Source of the DNA: Tetramitus jugosus
Lineage: Eukaryota > Protista > Heterolobosea
Length of the DNA stretch: 64,000 nucleotides
Reading direction: 5' to 3'
Assembly: GCA_937625935.1 (NCBI GenBank)
Contig: OW569351.1
Span: forward strand, 434,001-498,000
The notes beneath the pieces were generated by a model. The model ran no database searches, was not told the DNA's origin, and saw nothing but the letters and a program-made list of their open reading frames with translations. Positions 52,476-62,586 of the stretch are shown here, in pieces (position 1 is the stretch's first letter; the number at the start of each line of letters is the position of its first letter). Both the position numbers and the translations under genes were made by a program.

Positions 52476-55400
52476 ATGTCGAATCGTGATCACAATCACA
52501 ACAATCATTATTTGCACGAGAGAAATTTGTTGTTGTGTCATATTCTGAAACAACATGAGAGCAAATTAAAGTTTCCTCCCATCTATGCCGACCAAATCAA
52601 AAAGCTATTGTCATCATCGTCAATGAGCAGCAACGATGATTCGCTCAATCAAGCTTTTCCAGAGCTTCTTTCCAGAATTCAGGTGCCTCTTCTTCTCCAT
52701 CAACTGTCAAACAACGAGCCAACAATTGACTTGACGAGCTATTTGCTGTTGCCAAATCACAGCAATAGTGCTACGAGTAGGACTAGTGCAAGTAGTAGTA
52801 CGAGTAGTAATGACAATAGAGCTTCAAAGTCTCTTCCTTCTCTTCCACCGGTTCCCACATCTGGTCAACAGAGATCGTTGCCTACGGTTCCTTTGACTGT
52901 TGTTGGTGTTGCTGCCTCACAACAGAATTCATCTCCAAACAATAATAGCTCATTAACAAAAGAGAGTAATGGTGCGACGGTAACTTCCCAGATAACTTTA
53001 CCACCTGTACCTGTAATATCACCAAGGAAGCAAGAGAATGTTTGTAATGCACCACTTGATGAGTCCAACGATGCCAGTGCAAGTGTCACAGAGGTTGTTG
53101 ATCGACAAGAAATTACTGTGTCCTATTCGATGACGTCAGTAACAACGACACAGTCATATGCACTGTACCCTACTGTTCACTCTGCAGAACCTGTTGAAAT
53201 GGATGACATGGACGATACATCGAATGATGATGAACTTTCCAGTCAGATGAACAAATTAATGAAGTTTGTGATGGGCCATGCAGTTCTAGCAGAGGATCCA
53301 ACCAGTAAGTTCCATCTTTCGATTCCCATGTCTGAGCATGACATGATGCTTGTGAGTTACGAGTCTATTTTGCTTGGTTCCACAGCGATGACTGAGTTGA
53401 GTCAAGAGGAGAGGACTGTTGGTTTAAGCAGTGTACGAAAGTATTGTAATATTAACGAAAGAGATCATTTGGACATGATTTCCCATTTTACGTTGGATTC
53501 AGCAGTGTCTCAATCATTGAGGGCAGCAAACGACATTGAACAACAAATGAAAGTGATTGTGGCGTCGAAAAAGTTGTTTGTGAGTGAACGAGAGAGAATG
53601 AAGCTACTGATTTATCGATGGTTAGTCGTAAAATCCTTCAGATATTCAACAAGGTCCAACAATGCAATAGATTTCTTTGTCAGGCAGATCAAGTTGTTTG
53701 CGAACACAATTGTAATGCGTTTGAGGATTTTGAATCAAGCTTATTTAGTGCATAATGATGTTTCGATAAGAAAGAGTGAATATGAGTTTATACTTGTGGG
53801 TTTGTTCGAGAAACTGATCCAAACCTTTGAAAACGAGCCTTCCAAAGTCACACCAATTATTCGAGAGGCAGATGATACAGTGAATAGTTTCTTGAGTCAG
53901 CTTAGCGACGAAAATATTGATGGAGTTACGTTCGTTAATCCGTTCAATCTTCATTTGTATAATTACTTGATTCAAGCAAAATTAGGTTATATGCAAAATA
54001 TGCTTCACAAGTCTGATGAAGATTCAGAGGCAGATGTCGATACAGACGAAGATTTGATAGAAGACGACGATCCAGTAAACGAACTTTTGACTTATTCAAG
54101 AGTTGTATTGGGAGTCTCTGACATTGAAGATAAGTTATGTTTTATCAATCAATTGATCGAGAGTGCTCAGCATTCCAGCTATGTGTCATCCATGCATTTG
54201 GAAAAGCAGTGCATTAGGGAGTTGGAGTACTTCTCTCAATTCGATGACAAGGATTTGGATAATAGTACTGAGACATTGAAGACTTTTGTTTTTGCACGAG
54301 TTTTTAACCTCTATGGAGTGAAGTTGGGTGACATCTTCGATCATTATCTTGAGGATACTGATTTGCTCAAGACGCATCTAAAATTGTATAATACTACTCT
54401 AAGGAGGTGCATCAAGCGTGCATCTTTTGATTCTTTTCAGAAGGAGAGCATGAAGGCTATCGTACAGCTATCTACCATGCGCGATTTTATTCGTATGAGG
54501 GATGCACGAATCAATATAGCTGCAATACCAAAGATTGAAATCGAAGGTTTTGAGGATATGGGAGATCCAACGAAAGCACCCTCTAAGGACTATTCAAAGC
54601 TTATTGAGTTCGCTGAAGAGCTCTATAATGAGTTGAGTACTGCTATTGATTCTCATTATTCGATTGTAGACATCTTTTATAACAACTCAGGCATAGAAGC
54701 TATATTAACCACGATCGGTTTGTACTCAAATGAACTGATTCATGTGATGCGAATGAATAGCGGACTGTCTCCCGAAACTGCGGTGTATTTTGCAAAGTTG
54801 CAGAAGCTGATTGATTTGTTGTCGAGTAATACTGAGGATCGGATGAGGGTTGGCTCAACGACTGCCACTCGTTATGACATCTCTCGGAGATTGATCGAAG
54901 TTGTTGACCCACTGTCGAATGCTATGGTCCCAATTTTGGAGAATTTTATCCGTTTGGCTCAAGAGAGATTCACTGGATACATGGAGCGGTCTCTCAAATT
55001 GGAGAAGTGGACGCCAATGTCAGATGAAAATCTGCATTCCTCTTCCCTGCTTGACTTATTCACTTTCCTAGAGCAACCTACGAATGATTTATTCTCTGTT
55101 GTATTGCCGAATCTCTCTCATTTTTATCGTGGTTATGCTCAGTGTGTGTCTGGTATTGTCCAGAGATATTGTGAGCTCATTGTTCGAGATATTCCTTCTC
55201 CTCAGGATCTTGTACCCCAAATCCCCAAGATACCTAAATCAAAGAAGGGGTTGGCAAAGGTGCTCAGCAACCCTAACTCTACCAAAAAGAAAACGAGTGC
55301 CATGCAAGCTGCCATGGCAGAAGAAAGACGATACGCTCTTGGAAAAAAATTTGGATATGAGGAGCTGTTTGTTCGACTCAATAATCTTACATTTGCTCGA

Positions 55401-56318
55401 AAGAAGTTTATTACTCTCGTGGATGATGTTGTGCACGGATGGAACTCAATGCGAGGTGTCTACTTGCTCAAAGGTCATACTGAAAGAAGACCAAGGAAAA
55501 AGAAAGCTCCTGCTGATGACACAGAGTCCGATACTCAGTCCTCATCATCTGAAGCATCAGAGAGCGCTAGTGATCATGATCAGGACACATCGCATCGAGA
55601 GGAAGACACGAACGAAGACAAGGAAACACCTGAAGACAGTACCTTGTCTAGCTTCTTGCCGACGATTGATCTTCAGTCAACTATTGCAGGTACAGGTGGA
55701 TACATTGTTTCTCTCATACAGAATTTGTGTGAGTATATTGGAACGAGAAATATTTACATTGAACTGTATCCTGCAATATTCAAGAATCTTTATATACCAA
55801 GTGTAGATGACAATCGATTAGAGCATGTGTTGGAAAAGAATTTTGATCCGTGCATGGAGTCGCTTCACGAATCAGTAACTGATGCTTTCTGTTCAGAGTT
55901 GATTATGAAGACAATGTTTAGAAAATTAGTTCGAGCTATATTTACAGTGATTCTGGATGGCGGACCAGAGAGGTGTAGATTCAAGCCAACTGATGCACCC
56001 CTGCTACTCAAGGATATTGGAGCGATTGAAACCTTGTTTTATGCGGACGGATCTGGTATCAAGTCTCTGCCCTACATCAGAAAGTACACTCTCAAGCTTC
56101 GAACGATTGTATCGACGGTAATGGACAAATCTACCACACAAATACTGGCAGGGTCCGAGGGAAATGATTGCTTCGATCTCTTGCCTGAAAAGAAGCCACT
56201 CTTTCCTGATTCACCTTGGACGAAACAAATTGTCTTCCGTGTGCTGTATCACCGAATATCGGTTGACCCCATGGCTAAAAAATGGTTTGAAAAACACAAG
56301 ATGCGATATGACTGGTGA
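52476..56318 (+). CDS. Munc13-like MUN-domain protein (MHD1/MHD2; PATROL1/DUF810-like)
   Basis: EKWTPMSDENLHSSSLLDLF, LFVRLNNL and VILDGGP.R..F...D..LL..D...IETLFYADGSGI. Likely ATG at 52476. Confidence 0.85.
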   Translation: MSNRDHNHNNHYLHERNLLLCHILKQHESKLKFPPIYADQIKKLLSSSSMSSNDDSLNQAFPELLSRIQVPLLLHQLSNNEPTIDLTSYLLLPNHSNSATSRTSASSSTSSNDNRASKSLPSLPPVPTSGQQRSLPTVPLTVVGVAASQQNSSPNNNSSLTKESNGATVTSQITLPPVPVISPRKQENVCNAPLDESNDASASVTEVVDRQEITVSYSMTSVTTTQSYALYPTVHSAEPVEMDDMDDTSNDDELSSQMNKLMKFVMGHAVLAEDPTSKFHLSIPMSEHDMMLVSYESILLGSTAMTELSQEERTVGLSSVRKYCNINERDHLDMISHFTLDSAVSQSLRAANDIEQQMKVIVASKKLFVSERERMKLLIYRWLVVKSFRYSTRSNNAIDFFVRQIKLFANTIVMRLRILNQAYLVHNDVSIRKSEYEFILVGLFEKLIQTFENEPSKVTPIIREADDTVNSFLSQLSDENIDGVTFVNPFNLHLYNYLIQAKLGYMQNMLHKSDEDSEADVDTDEDLIEDDDPVNELLTYSRVVLGVSDIEDKLCFINQLIESAQHSSYVSSMHLEKQCIRELEYFSQFDDKDLDNSTETLKTFVFARVFNLYGVKLGDIFDHYLEDTDLLKTHLKLYNTTLRRCIKRASFDSFQKESMKAIVQLSTMRDFIRMRDARINIAAIPKIEIEGFEDMGDPTKAPSKDYSKLIEFAEELYNELSTAIDSHYSIVDIFYNNSGIEAILTTIGLYSNELIHVMRMNSGLSPETAVYFAKLQKLIDLLSSNTEDRMRVGSTTATRYDISRRLIEVVDPLSNAMVPILENFIRLAQERFTGYMERSLKLEKWTPMSDENLHSSSLLDLFTFLEQPTNDLFSVVLPNLSHFYRGYAQCVSGIVQRYCELIVRDIPSPQDLVPQIPKIPKSKKGLAKVLSNPNSTKKKTSAMQAAMAEERRYALGKKFGYEELFVRLNNLTFARKKFITLVDDVVHGWNSMRGVYLLKGHTERRPRKKKAPADDTESDTQSSSSEASESASDHDQDTSHREEDTNEDKETPEDSTLSSFLPTIDLQSTIAGTGGYIVSLIQNLCEYIGTRNIYIELYPAIFKNLYIPSVDDNRLEHVLEKNFDPCMESLHESVTDAFCSELIMKTMFRKLVRAIFTVILDGGPERCRFKPTDAPLLLKDIGAIETLFYADGSGIKSLPYIRKYTLKLRTIVSTVMDKSTTQILAGSEGNDCFDLLPEKKPLFPDSPWTKQIVFRVLYHRISVDPMAKKWFEKHKMRYDW

Positions 56319-57092
56319 GACAGTGTCTTGACTTAATCATAGTCTATCTCAATTTGTTGACTGTCTTGAACAAATCTGTTCGGCATATCAACATGGATTG
56401 GATATCGAGTTTATATCAGATGCCAATCAACCACAGTGGTACCATCATCTCACTCGATTTGTAATTTATTTAAGGTGGTGATAAAGAACCATTCACACTG
56501 TTCTTCGACTCTTTGAATGATGCCTTAAAATTTTCACTTCAGGAACTTTGTTAATAATAGGCTGATACCACTTTGGCTCTCTACAGTCGTATCAATTGTT
56601 TTCTGTCTTCTTAGCTGAATCGTCTTTTCTAATGCTAAGCTTGTCACATTTCAGTGATGCTGGAGCAAAAATGTACTTGCAACAACAATCCAATACTGGC
56701 CTCGGAACAGCAGAATGTTATCTTCCATCGACTAAATGCAATGAGCTTTACATCTACAGTGGCAACCCACCCTTCTTTACCTGAGAACCAAGTATTGATC
56801 GTAGGACTACCAGAAGCTGCAGAGATATCCTTTATCGTGTTCCTTGGGGGATCTTGTCGAGCATGATTGAGAGATTGAAACACTCTGATCAAGGCTTGGC
56901 TCAGAAGTCTTGCTGTAAAGATACGCCTGCATGAAAGGAATTGTACATTAAACGTATGTGGATACGTTTCACGGGAAAAATTTCAAGCTTACATCAACTC
57001 AACAATGCTTTATTGTTTATTGGTCCTCATCCAATCAAGAAGGAAGAGAAATGTTCAAACGAGGTTGACGTTTCGTTCAATGAACATAAAAT

Positions 57093-57521
57093 TTACTTTG
57101 GGACTGTAAGGCAAACAGATGCAGAGTTAACATGTCCTCCAGTGCATTGGCATAGGGCTTCAAACTTTACACCATTGATGCTAAATTTCTCAACGAATGG
57201 TTTGTAGTCATGATCATCCATGTTCTTCCAGACATTTGTTCCGTCTGTTCCGACACCGAGCTTGTTTGAGCCCACCGATGGATTAGAGAAACCAATGGTA
57301 ACGGAACCGTTGTTAAGAACGTAGGTTACAGAACCAGAGCACCCAGCTAATGCATTATCTTTCTCGTAAGACTCGACCTTGACATGATCGTTTGAATTGA
57401 TATGTTCTGGATAGGAGTAGCCATCTGCGACTCTACCACTATCGTACCAATCACTTGAAAAAGTCAAGTCGTAAGGTGTTTTGTTCTGGATATCGAGGAT
57501 GATAACGTGTTTCTTAACCAT
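57093..57521 (-). CDS. Aegerolysin/actinoporin-like small beta-sandwich protein
   Basis: ATG at 57521, 142 aa, no signal peptide. Pattern IQNKTPYDL.....YDSG, GCSGSVTY and IGFSNPSVGSNK. Confidence 0.6.
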   Translation of the reverse strand: MVKKHVIILDIQNKTPYDLTFSSDWYDSGRVADGYSYPEHINSNDHVKVESYEKDNALAGCSGSVTYVLNNGSVTIGFSNPSVGSNKLGVGTDGTNVWKNMDDHDYKPFVEKFSINGVKFEALCQCTGGHVNSASVCLTVPK

Positions 57522-58071
57522 TGTTAGTCGTGTGTTGTTTTGTTGTTTTGTTATTTTGTATTGTTTATACTGTGCAATGGCTTGGATTTTATACTTCGAA
57601 GGAGAAAACCAAATTCCTGCAATCAATTAAATTTGATGTGACAAGAGATTAGTACATGGGCAATTCTTGTGAGAAATTCTCTCTTGGATTCGAGTTAAAG
57701 AACTGATCGGAGATATGTGGGAACTAATTCTTCTCTTGTTATCCGGCCAGAAGGAAAAGAGTTGGGTAGTCTGATTGGGAAAGGCAGTATTTGGGTAGTG
57801 TTCTGTGATCTGTCGCTATCCGGACAACGGAAGAGTGGTACTTTGTTGGATCATCCGTTTCCCAAAACTAGCCTGGTTGAAGGTGGTTACAATCAAATTC
57901 TCCCATTGGTGGACCTGGGTTCGATCGGAAGTCATTGTATGTATCAACAAGCTCTAATGCATCAATCCACGTTATCGTTGAGAAAAGGACAACGTTAAAT
58001 TGTGTTGAGAAAGCTGAATGATAACGTTCCATTGTCTGAAGTGGCGGCAATCATACTCGATTTATTCTGGC

Positions 58072-58280
58072 TCATCGTCGTACTGCAGAGCTGTAGCTCT
58101 TTTCATCTTCAGCAAGATTTTTCCACAACCTACCCAACCTCTTCATCACATCTGGATTGATATATCTCGGTTTTTCTTTTGCAACACTGTTGCTATCCCT
58201 CAGTGGTCTTGCAGGATCTCGTTGTGTTTGACCTCGTCCAAGAACAATCACACTGACCGGAAACCAAACAAAGTTCTTAA
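58072..58280 (-). pseudogene. HMG-box remnant
   Basis: The minus-strand frame reads RDPARPL...AKEKPRYINPDVMKRLGRLWKNLAEDEKSY. Helix 1 is largely missing, there is no upstream ATG, and it stops early. Confidence 0.5.
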
Positions 58281-58761
58281 GTCAATAGCATATACATATT
58301 CTAGTTGGTTCTTCTGTTGTTTTCCTGGTGTTTTACCTTTGGTTTACTCGTTCTGCCGTTGGCCGGTGTGCACACCAATAGACAGGTAACGTTCAACAAG
58401 GGTACCATGGCGAAAAAGAGGTTAGAAAAACAAGACTTGTTATGACTGGTGAGATTGTGTGTCAATACAAAACAACTCTAAAGGACTTCTTCTTCCTTCA
58501 CATGTGATTTCGTTGCCAACACTAAAAATGGAAAACCCGATTTTTAGACCCTCCTGTCGCACACAAAGCAAACAGAACCGCTCCAAATATCCCGGCCGAA
58601 AAAAAGCTCTTACCACAACTGCAAACTCACTGACATACCAACACCAATTGTTGTACGCGCGTGTGACCGGAGAGAGCTGTCACATATTTGCTGGATATCA
58701 TATCATCCACAACAACAACAACAACAACCACCACCACACATCGATACAACATTAAAAAAAA

Positions 58762-60447
58762 ATGCTAAGCTCAAACACCACAACCACAATCAACAACAAT
58801 CATCATAGTAATCAAATTGGCAAGTATCCTTCGTCATCATCATCATCGTCATCATCAACAGCGTCGATATCATCCAACGTTGATCCCTCTGGTTCCAATG
58901 CAGCCTCCACAACATCACTTTCACCACCATCCTCATTGTCTTCCTCTTTTCCTCTCTCATCATTCATCAATAGTAGTAGCAGTAACAATAACAATATGAC
59001 CACAACAAAACAACAAAAATTAATATTATTATCAAACAAGCAACGTCATCATCATCAACAAAGCAACAACATCAACTATTATTTGAGTCCAATGTTTCTC
59101 CTACTGTCCTGTATTCTATGTATTCTACTGTTTTTTGTGATTGTGAGGTATAGGCCAATGGAAACCATTAGCAACACGACGAGTGACGTTCATCTCTCCT
59201 ATCATCTCAGCAACAATCACAACAATAACAATAACAACAACAATCACCATTATAAAATAAACAACAACAACAACAACAATCATAACAACAATGAGAATCA
59301 AAAGTCGTTGAAAACCAAAACAACAACAACAACAGCACAAGAAGTACATTCAAAGTTGAAACAGAGTGGTATTCAAACAATGGACAAACTTGCAAAACAA
59401 CAACAACAACACTCAACAACAACAACAACAACAATTGTTGACAATAGCAAGAATCGCAAGAATCACAACAACAACAGTAGTAGTAGTAGTAACAGTAAAA
59501 AAGAAGGAAAAAACAATCATCCAGCAACAACAGCAACAACAACAGCAACAGCAGTGCTCTCCGAGAAGACGAACAGCACCAATTCAAGTCAGAAAACAAC
59601 CACACTTGTTAAAAAAAAGAGAAAAAAAGTGCCCATGAATATTGTGGATGGACACCCACCCGAGAGTACCACCAAAAACAGTAGTAAAATGAAGATGAAT
59701 GACATTGCTGTTGTTGAAAACAATCATAATAACAACAACAACAATCATAATAATGGCACAAAAATTCTAGTGGGATGGAAAGAGAGCATCTCATTGCCTC
59801 ACTGGGGCATTCGTAACCTTGTTTCCAAGACGGATACAGGTGCGAGGAGCAGTGTCATTGATTGTGAAAATATTAGGGTCAAATCGATTCACGGTGGTAA
59901 GAAATTGGTGGATTTTGATGTTATTTTGGATCGAAAAGATCGAAAAAATCGAATTCGAATGACCAATGTACCAGTCAAGAGTGAAGCCAAGGTACGATCG
60001 AGCAATGGACACACTTCAGTTCGCGTCCGTGTCACAACAAGTGTCAAAATAGGTGATCAAGTGCTGGAGAATGTTGATTTTACGTTGGCCACGAGAGCCA
60101 ACATGCTTTGTCCGGTTCTGTTGGGTCGAGATGCTGTCAAGAGTCGATTTGTGGTCGATTCGCACAAACGATTCGTGTTGAGTCGCAACAGAAAGACTCG
60201 TGTCAGTCATGTCATTGACGCCAATGGTAAGAAGAGAGCTGGTGGTGGACGGAGGAGAACGACATCTGAAATTCTAATGAATGATGACTCCTCTCTGTCG
60301 TCACCAACAACGACAATAGCTCCTTCAATAATCCCAACGGTGGTGCAAGAACAAAAGACTAATAGCACTCATGTGAATGGAACATCAACGGCCACAGCGA
60401 CGACAACGACGACAACAACGACAGATGCCTCAAGGATGCGATCGTAG
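58762..60447 (+). CDS. Membrane-anchored retropepsin-like protease of the bacterial RimK-associated 'ATP-dependent Zn protease' family
   Basis: TM helix FLLLSCILCILLFFVIV. Domain LVGWKESISLP..GI..L.SKTDTGARSS, VRSSNGH and FTLATRANMLCPVLLGRDAV..RFVVDS, with long N/T/S low-complexity flanks. Confidence 0.88.
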   Translation: MLSSNTTTTINNNHHSNQIGKYPSSSSSSSSSTASISSNVDPSGSNAASTTSLSPPSSLSSSFPLSSFINSSSSNNNNMTTTKQQKLILLSNKQRHHHQQSNNINYYLSPMFLLLSCILCILLFFVIVRYRPMETISNTTSDVHLSYHLSNNHNNNNNNNNHHYKINNNNNNNHNNNENQKSLKTKTTTTTAQEVHSKLKQSGIQTMDKLAKQQQQHSTTTTTTIVDNSKNRKNHNNNSSSSSNSKKEGKNNHPATTATTTATAVLSEKTNSTNSSQKTTTLVKKKRKKVPMNIVDGHPPESTTKNSSKMKMNDIAVVENNHNNNNNNHNNGTKILVGWKESISLPHWGIRNLVSKTDTGARSSVIDCENIRVKSIHGGKKLVDFDVILDRKDRKNRIRMTNVPVKSEAKVRSSNGHTSVRVRVTTSVKIGDQVLENVDFTLATRANMLCPVLLGRDAVKSRFVVDSHKRFVLSRNRKTRVSHVIDANGKKRAGGGRRRTTSEILMNDDSSLSSPTTTIAPSIIPTVVQEQKTNSTHVNGTSTATATTTTTTTTDASRMRS

Positions 60448-60763
60448 TAGTTTATGCTCATGTGAGGACATTTGAAATGTAATCACTGCGATCATCATCA
60501 TCGAGCAAGCAAGTCATTGCTTCCCACAAAACGATAATTTATATCTGTAAAAGTCAAGTCAGACCGGTAACACTATTTTGTCCCGGGTTGGCCTTTTGGC
60601 AGATCATGTGTTTTCATACATTAATAAACATGTGATGACCGTAGGGTAGAAGTTTTATTTCATTTCTCTGTCGTCCCATCTGTCTGTGGACGACGTTGTC
60701 TGTACAAAAATGCTCATGTGAGGAGAAGAGATAATATCCCACACAAAAGGTGATGTGACCTGC

Positions 60764-61672
60764 TTACTTTTTTGGTGCTACTTCTCCAAAGAGCAGACTC
60801 ATCACATATTGGACAACCTTTTCGGATTGACCCATAATGCTGTCCAACTGCAGTTGCTTCACACCAAACGTATCACCAATCAACAATGAAGCACTGATAA
60901 TCATGACGAACAGCAGGAAATTGTTCGGTATCTTTGCTGAACCAGAGTCACTGTCATAGTACAAGTGGTGCATTGTCCGATAAAAAGCGGACTTTAGCAC
61001 ACCAGACTTGTACTCTGTGAGGAAAATGGTGAGTGCCGATGTCAGTCCAGCAAATATCCGGAAACCGTTTGGAGTTCTCACGTCCAACACCTCTGGAATA
61101 ATCTTGGCGTCAGAGCCCCATGTAATCATGCCCTCTAGCGCACGCGCAAACAAGTACAGAATAATTTGATTGTTGACGGATCCGGATATGCCCGAACTGT
61201 CACCAAACGCAATGCTTCCACCAATGAAGCCACACAAGACACTCTCAATACCATTTGTCATGTTCAAATACCTCCGACACAGGAAACACATGGTCTTGTA
61301 CAGGAGAATAAACGTGCCTAGGTTTCTACCGTGATGGAACATGTGTTTCATGACTTCGGTCACTCTTGTCCTATAGTACTTTTCCTTGCTGTACAGTAGG
61401 CAGTAGATGACTGCTTGGAAAATGTAGGGAAAACGGATTCTGGCACCAGCGATCACTCCATTACGATATCCTCTATATTTATATATAAAAAGGTTGGTTT
61501 GAATTTTGAACGAGCGAGTTAGTACATTGTGTGGTTGGAAGAGGATGACTGTTTGAAAACACTACGAAAGCTTTTCTTTTTGTTTGTTCAAAAATACATA
61601 CCGGAATGAAGACAGGAGAGCATTGGTCCAGTTCTCGTTATAGTTAATGTTGAGTTTCGATTGACCAGTCAT
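60764..61672 (-). CDS. PXMP4: Peroxisomal membrane protein 4 (PMP24); 2 exons (61672-61602, 61472-60764)
   Basis: Intron 61601-61473 (GTATGT...TACTAAC...TAG) gives SSFRGYRNGVIAGARIRFPY. Also HGRNLGTF..LYK, GFIGG..AFG, SVNNQIILYLFAR and MHHLYYDSD. Confidence 0.92.
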
Positions 61673-62218
61673 TCCAAAAAAAAATTATTGTTGTTGTTCT
61701 TGTGTGTCGTTTTGTTTGTTGTTGATAAGATTTCGTGGTTGTTGTTGAGGCAAAGGATTGTGTGCAGTGTGATTGATGTTGTTGTTGTTGTTGTTATGAT
61801 TGATTAGTTATTCTTAAAAAGTTGTGGCTGTCGTTCGCATTCTTGAAACAGAAGGAATTTAGTTCATTGTTCGAATTTTTTAGATCCTTGTAAGTAATAA
61901 ACTGAAGTGAGGGGTGACTGATGCACGACGCAGACTTTTCGCACGTTAGATGATTATTTTCCAAGTTTCGAACTTCCGCGTCAACAGTCAGGACAAAAAA
62001 TGGTTGATTCGACATAAATGGCGCAAACGCATCCAGGCATGAATATTCTTGTCCGTTGCCGATCTACTGTTAACGTCGACCGCACGAAATAACTCCCTTG
62101 TTCGCTCATTGTTCGATCACAACCAACAAATTTGTATCCCAAAGCATGACTACCACCGGCAACGAAATTAGACTAAATATAGATTTTTGAGACAACATGC
62201 ATATTTTGACAATAACCA

Positions 62219-62291
62219 GGCTCCTTAGCACAGGTGGCAGTGCGCTGTCCTAGTAAGACAGAGGTCACGAGTTCGAGTCTCGTAGGAGCCT
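62219..62291 (+). tRNA. tRNA-Thr (AGT)
   Basis: Acceptor stem GGCTCCT/AGGAGCC, anticodon arm CTGTC-CTAGTAA-GACAG, T arm GTTCGAGTC, and TTTT at 62296-62299. Confidence 0.96.
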
Positions 62292-62586
62292 AAAGTTTTC
62301 CTTTTGTCGGGTGGCTGAAACATGCACAACGTTCCAATATCAAAATGGAATCCCCGGGAGGAAGGTGGGAATAAACTTGTCGCCAGACAAAAACCCCAGG
62401 TGAACGCAAATATTTTTGGTTGTTTCCAACAACAAAACAACAGAATCAGAAAAGAAAAAGCAATCAGAAATCAACGAATCCCCAACAAACACAACCACTC
62501 ACCCATCCACCTGCACACTCCTTTGCATCAAACTTTACACACGAGTTCCAACATTAACTTGTGAAACTGATCAACACACCACAATC

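Noticed and set aside
58812-59794. Poly-Cys/Val/Leu ORFs antisense or out of frame to low-complexity genes (also at 1687-1869, 26068-26442, 35511-35943)
   Set aside because: By-products of CAA/CAT/GAA trinucleotide tracts in the real genes.
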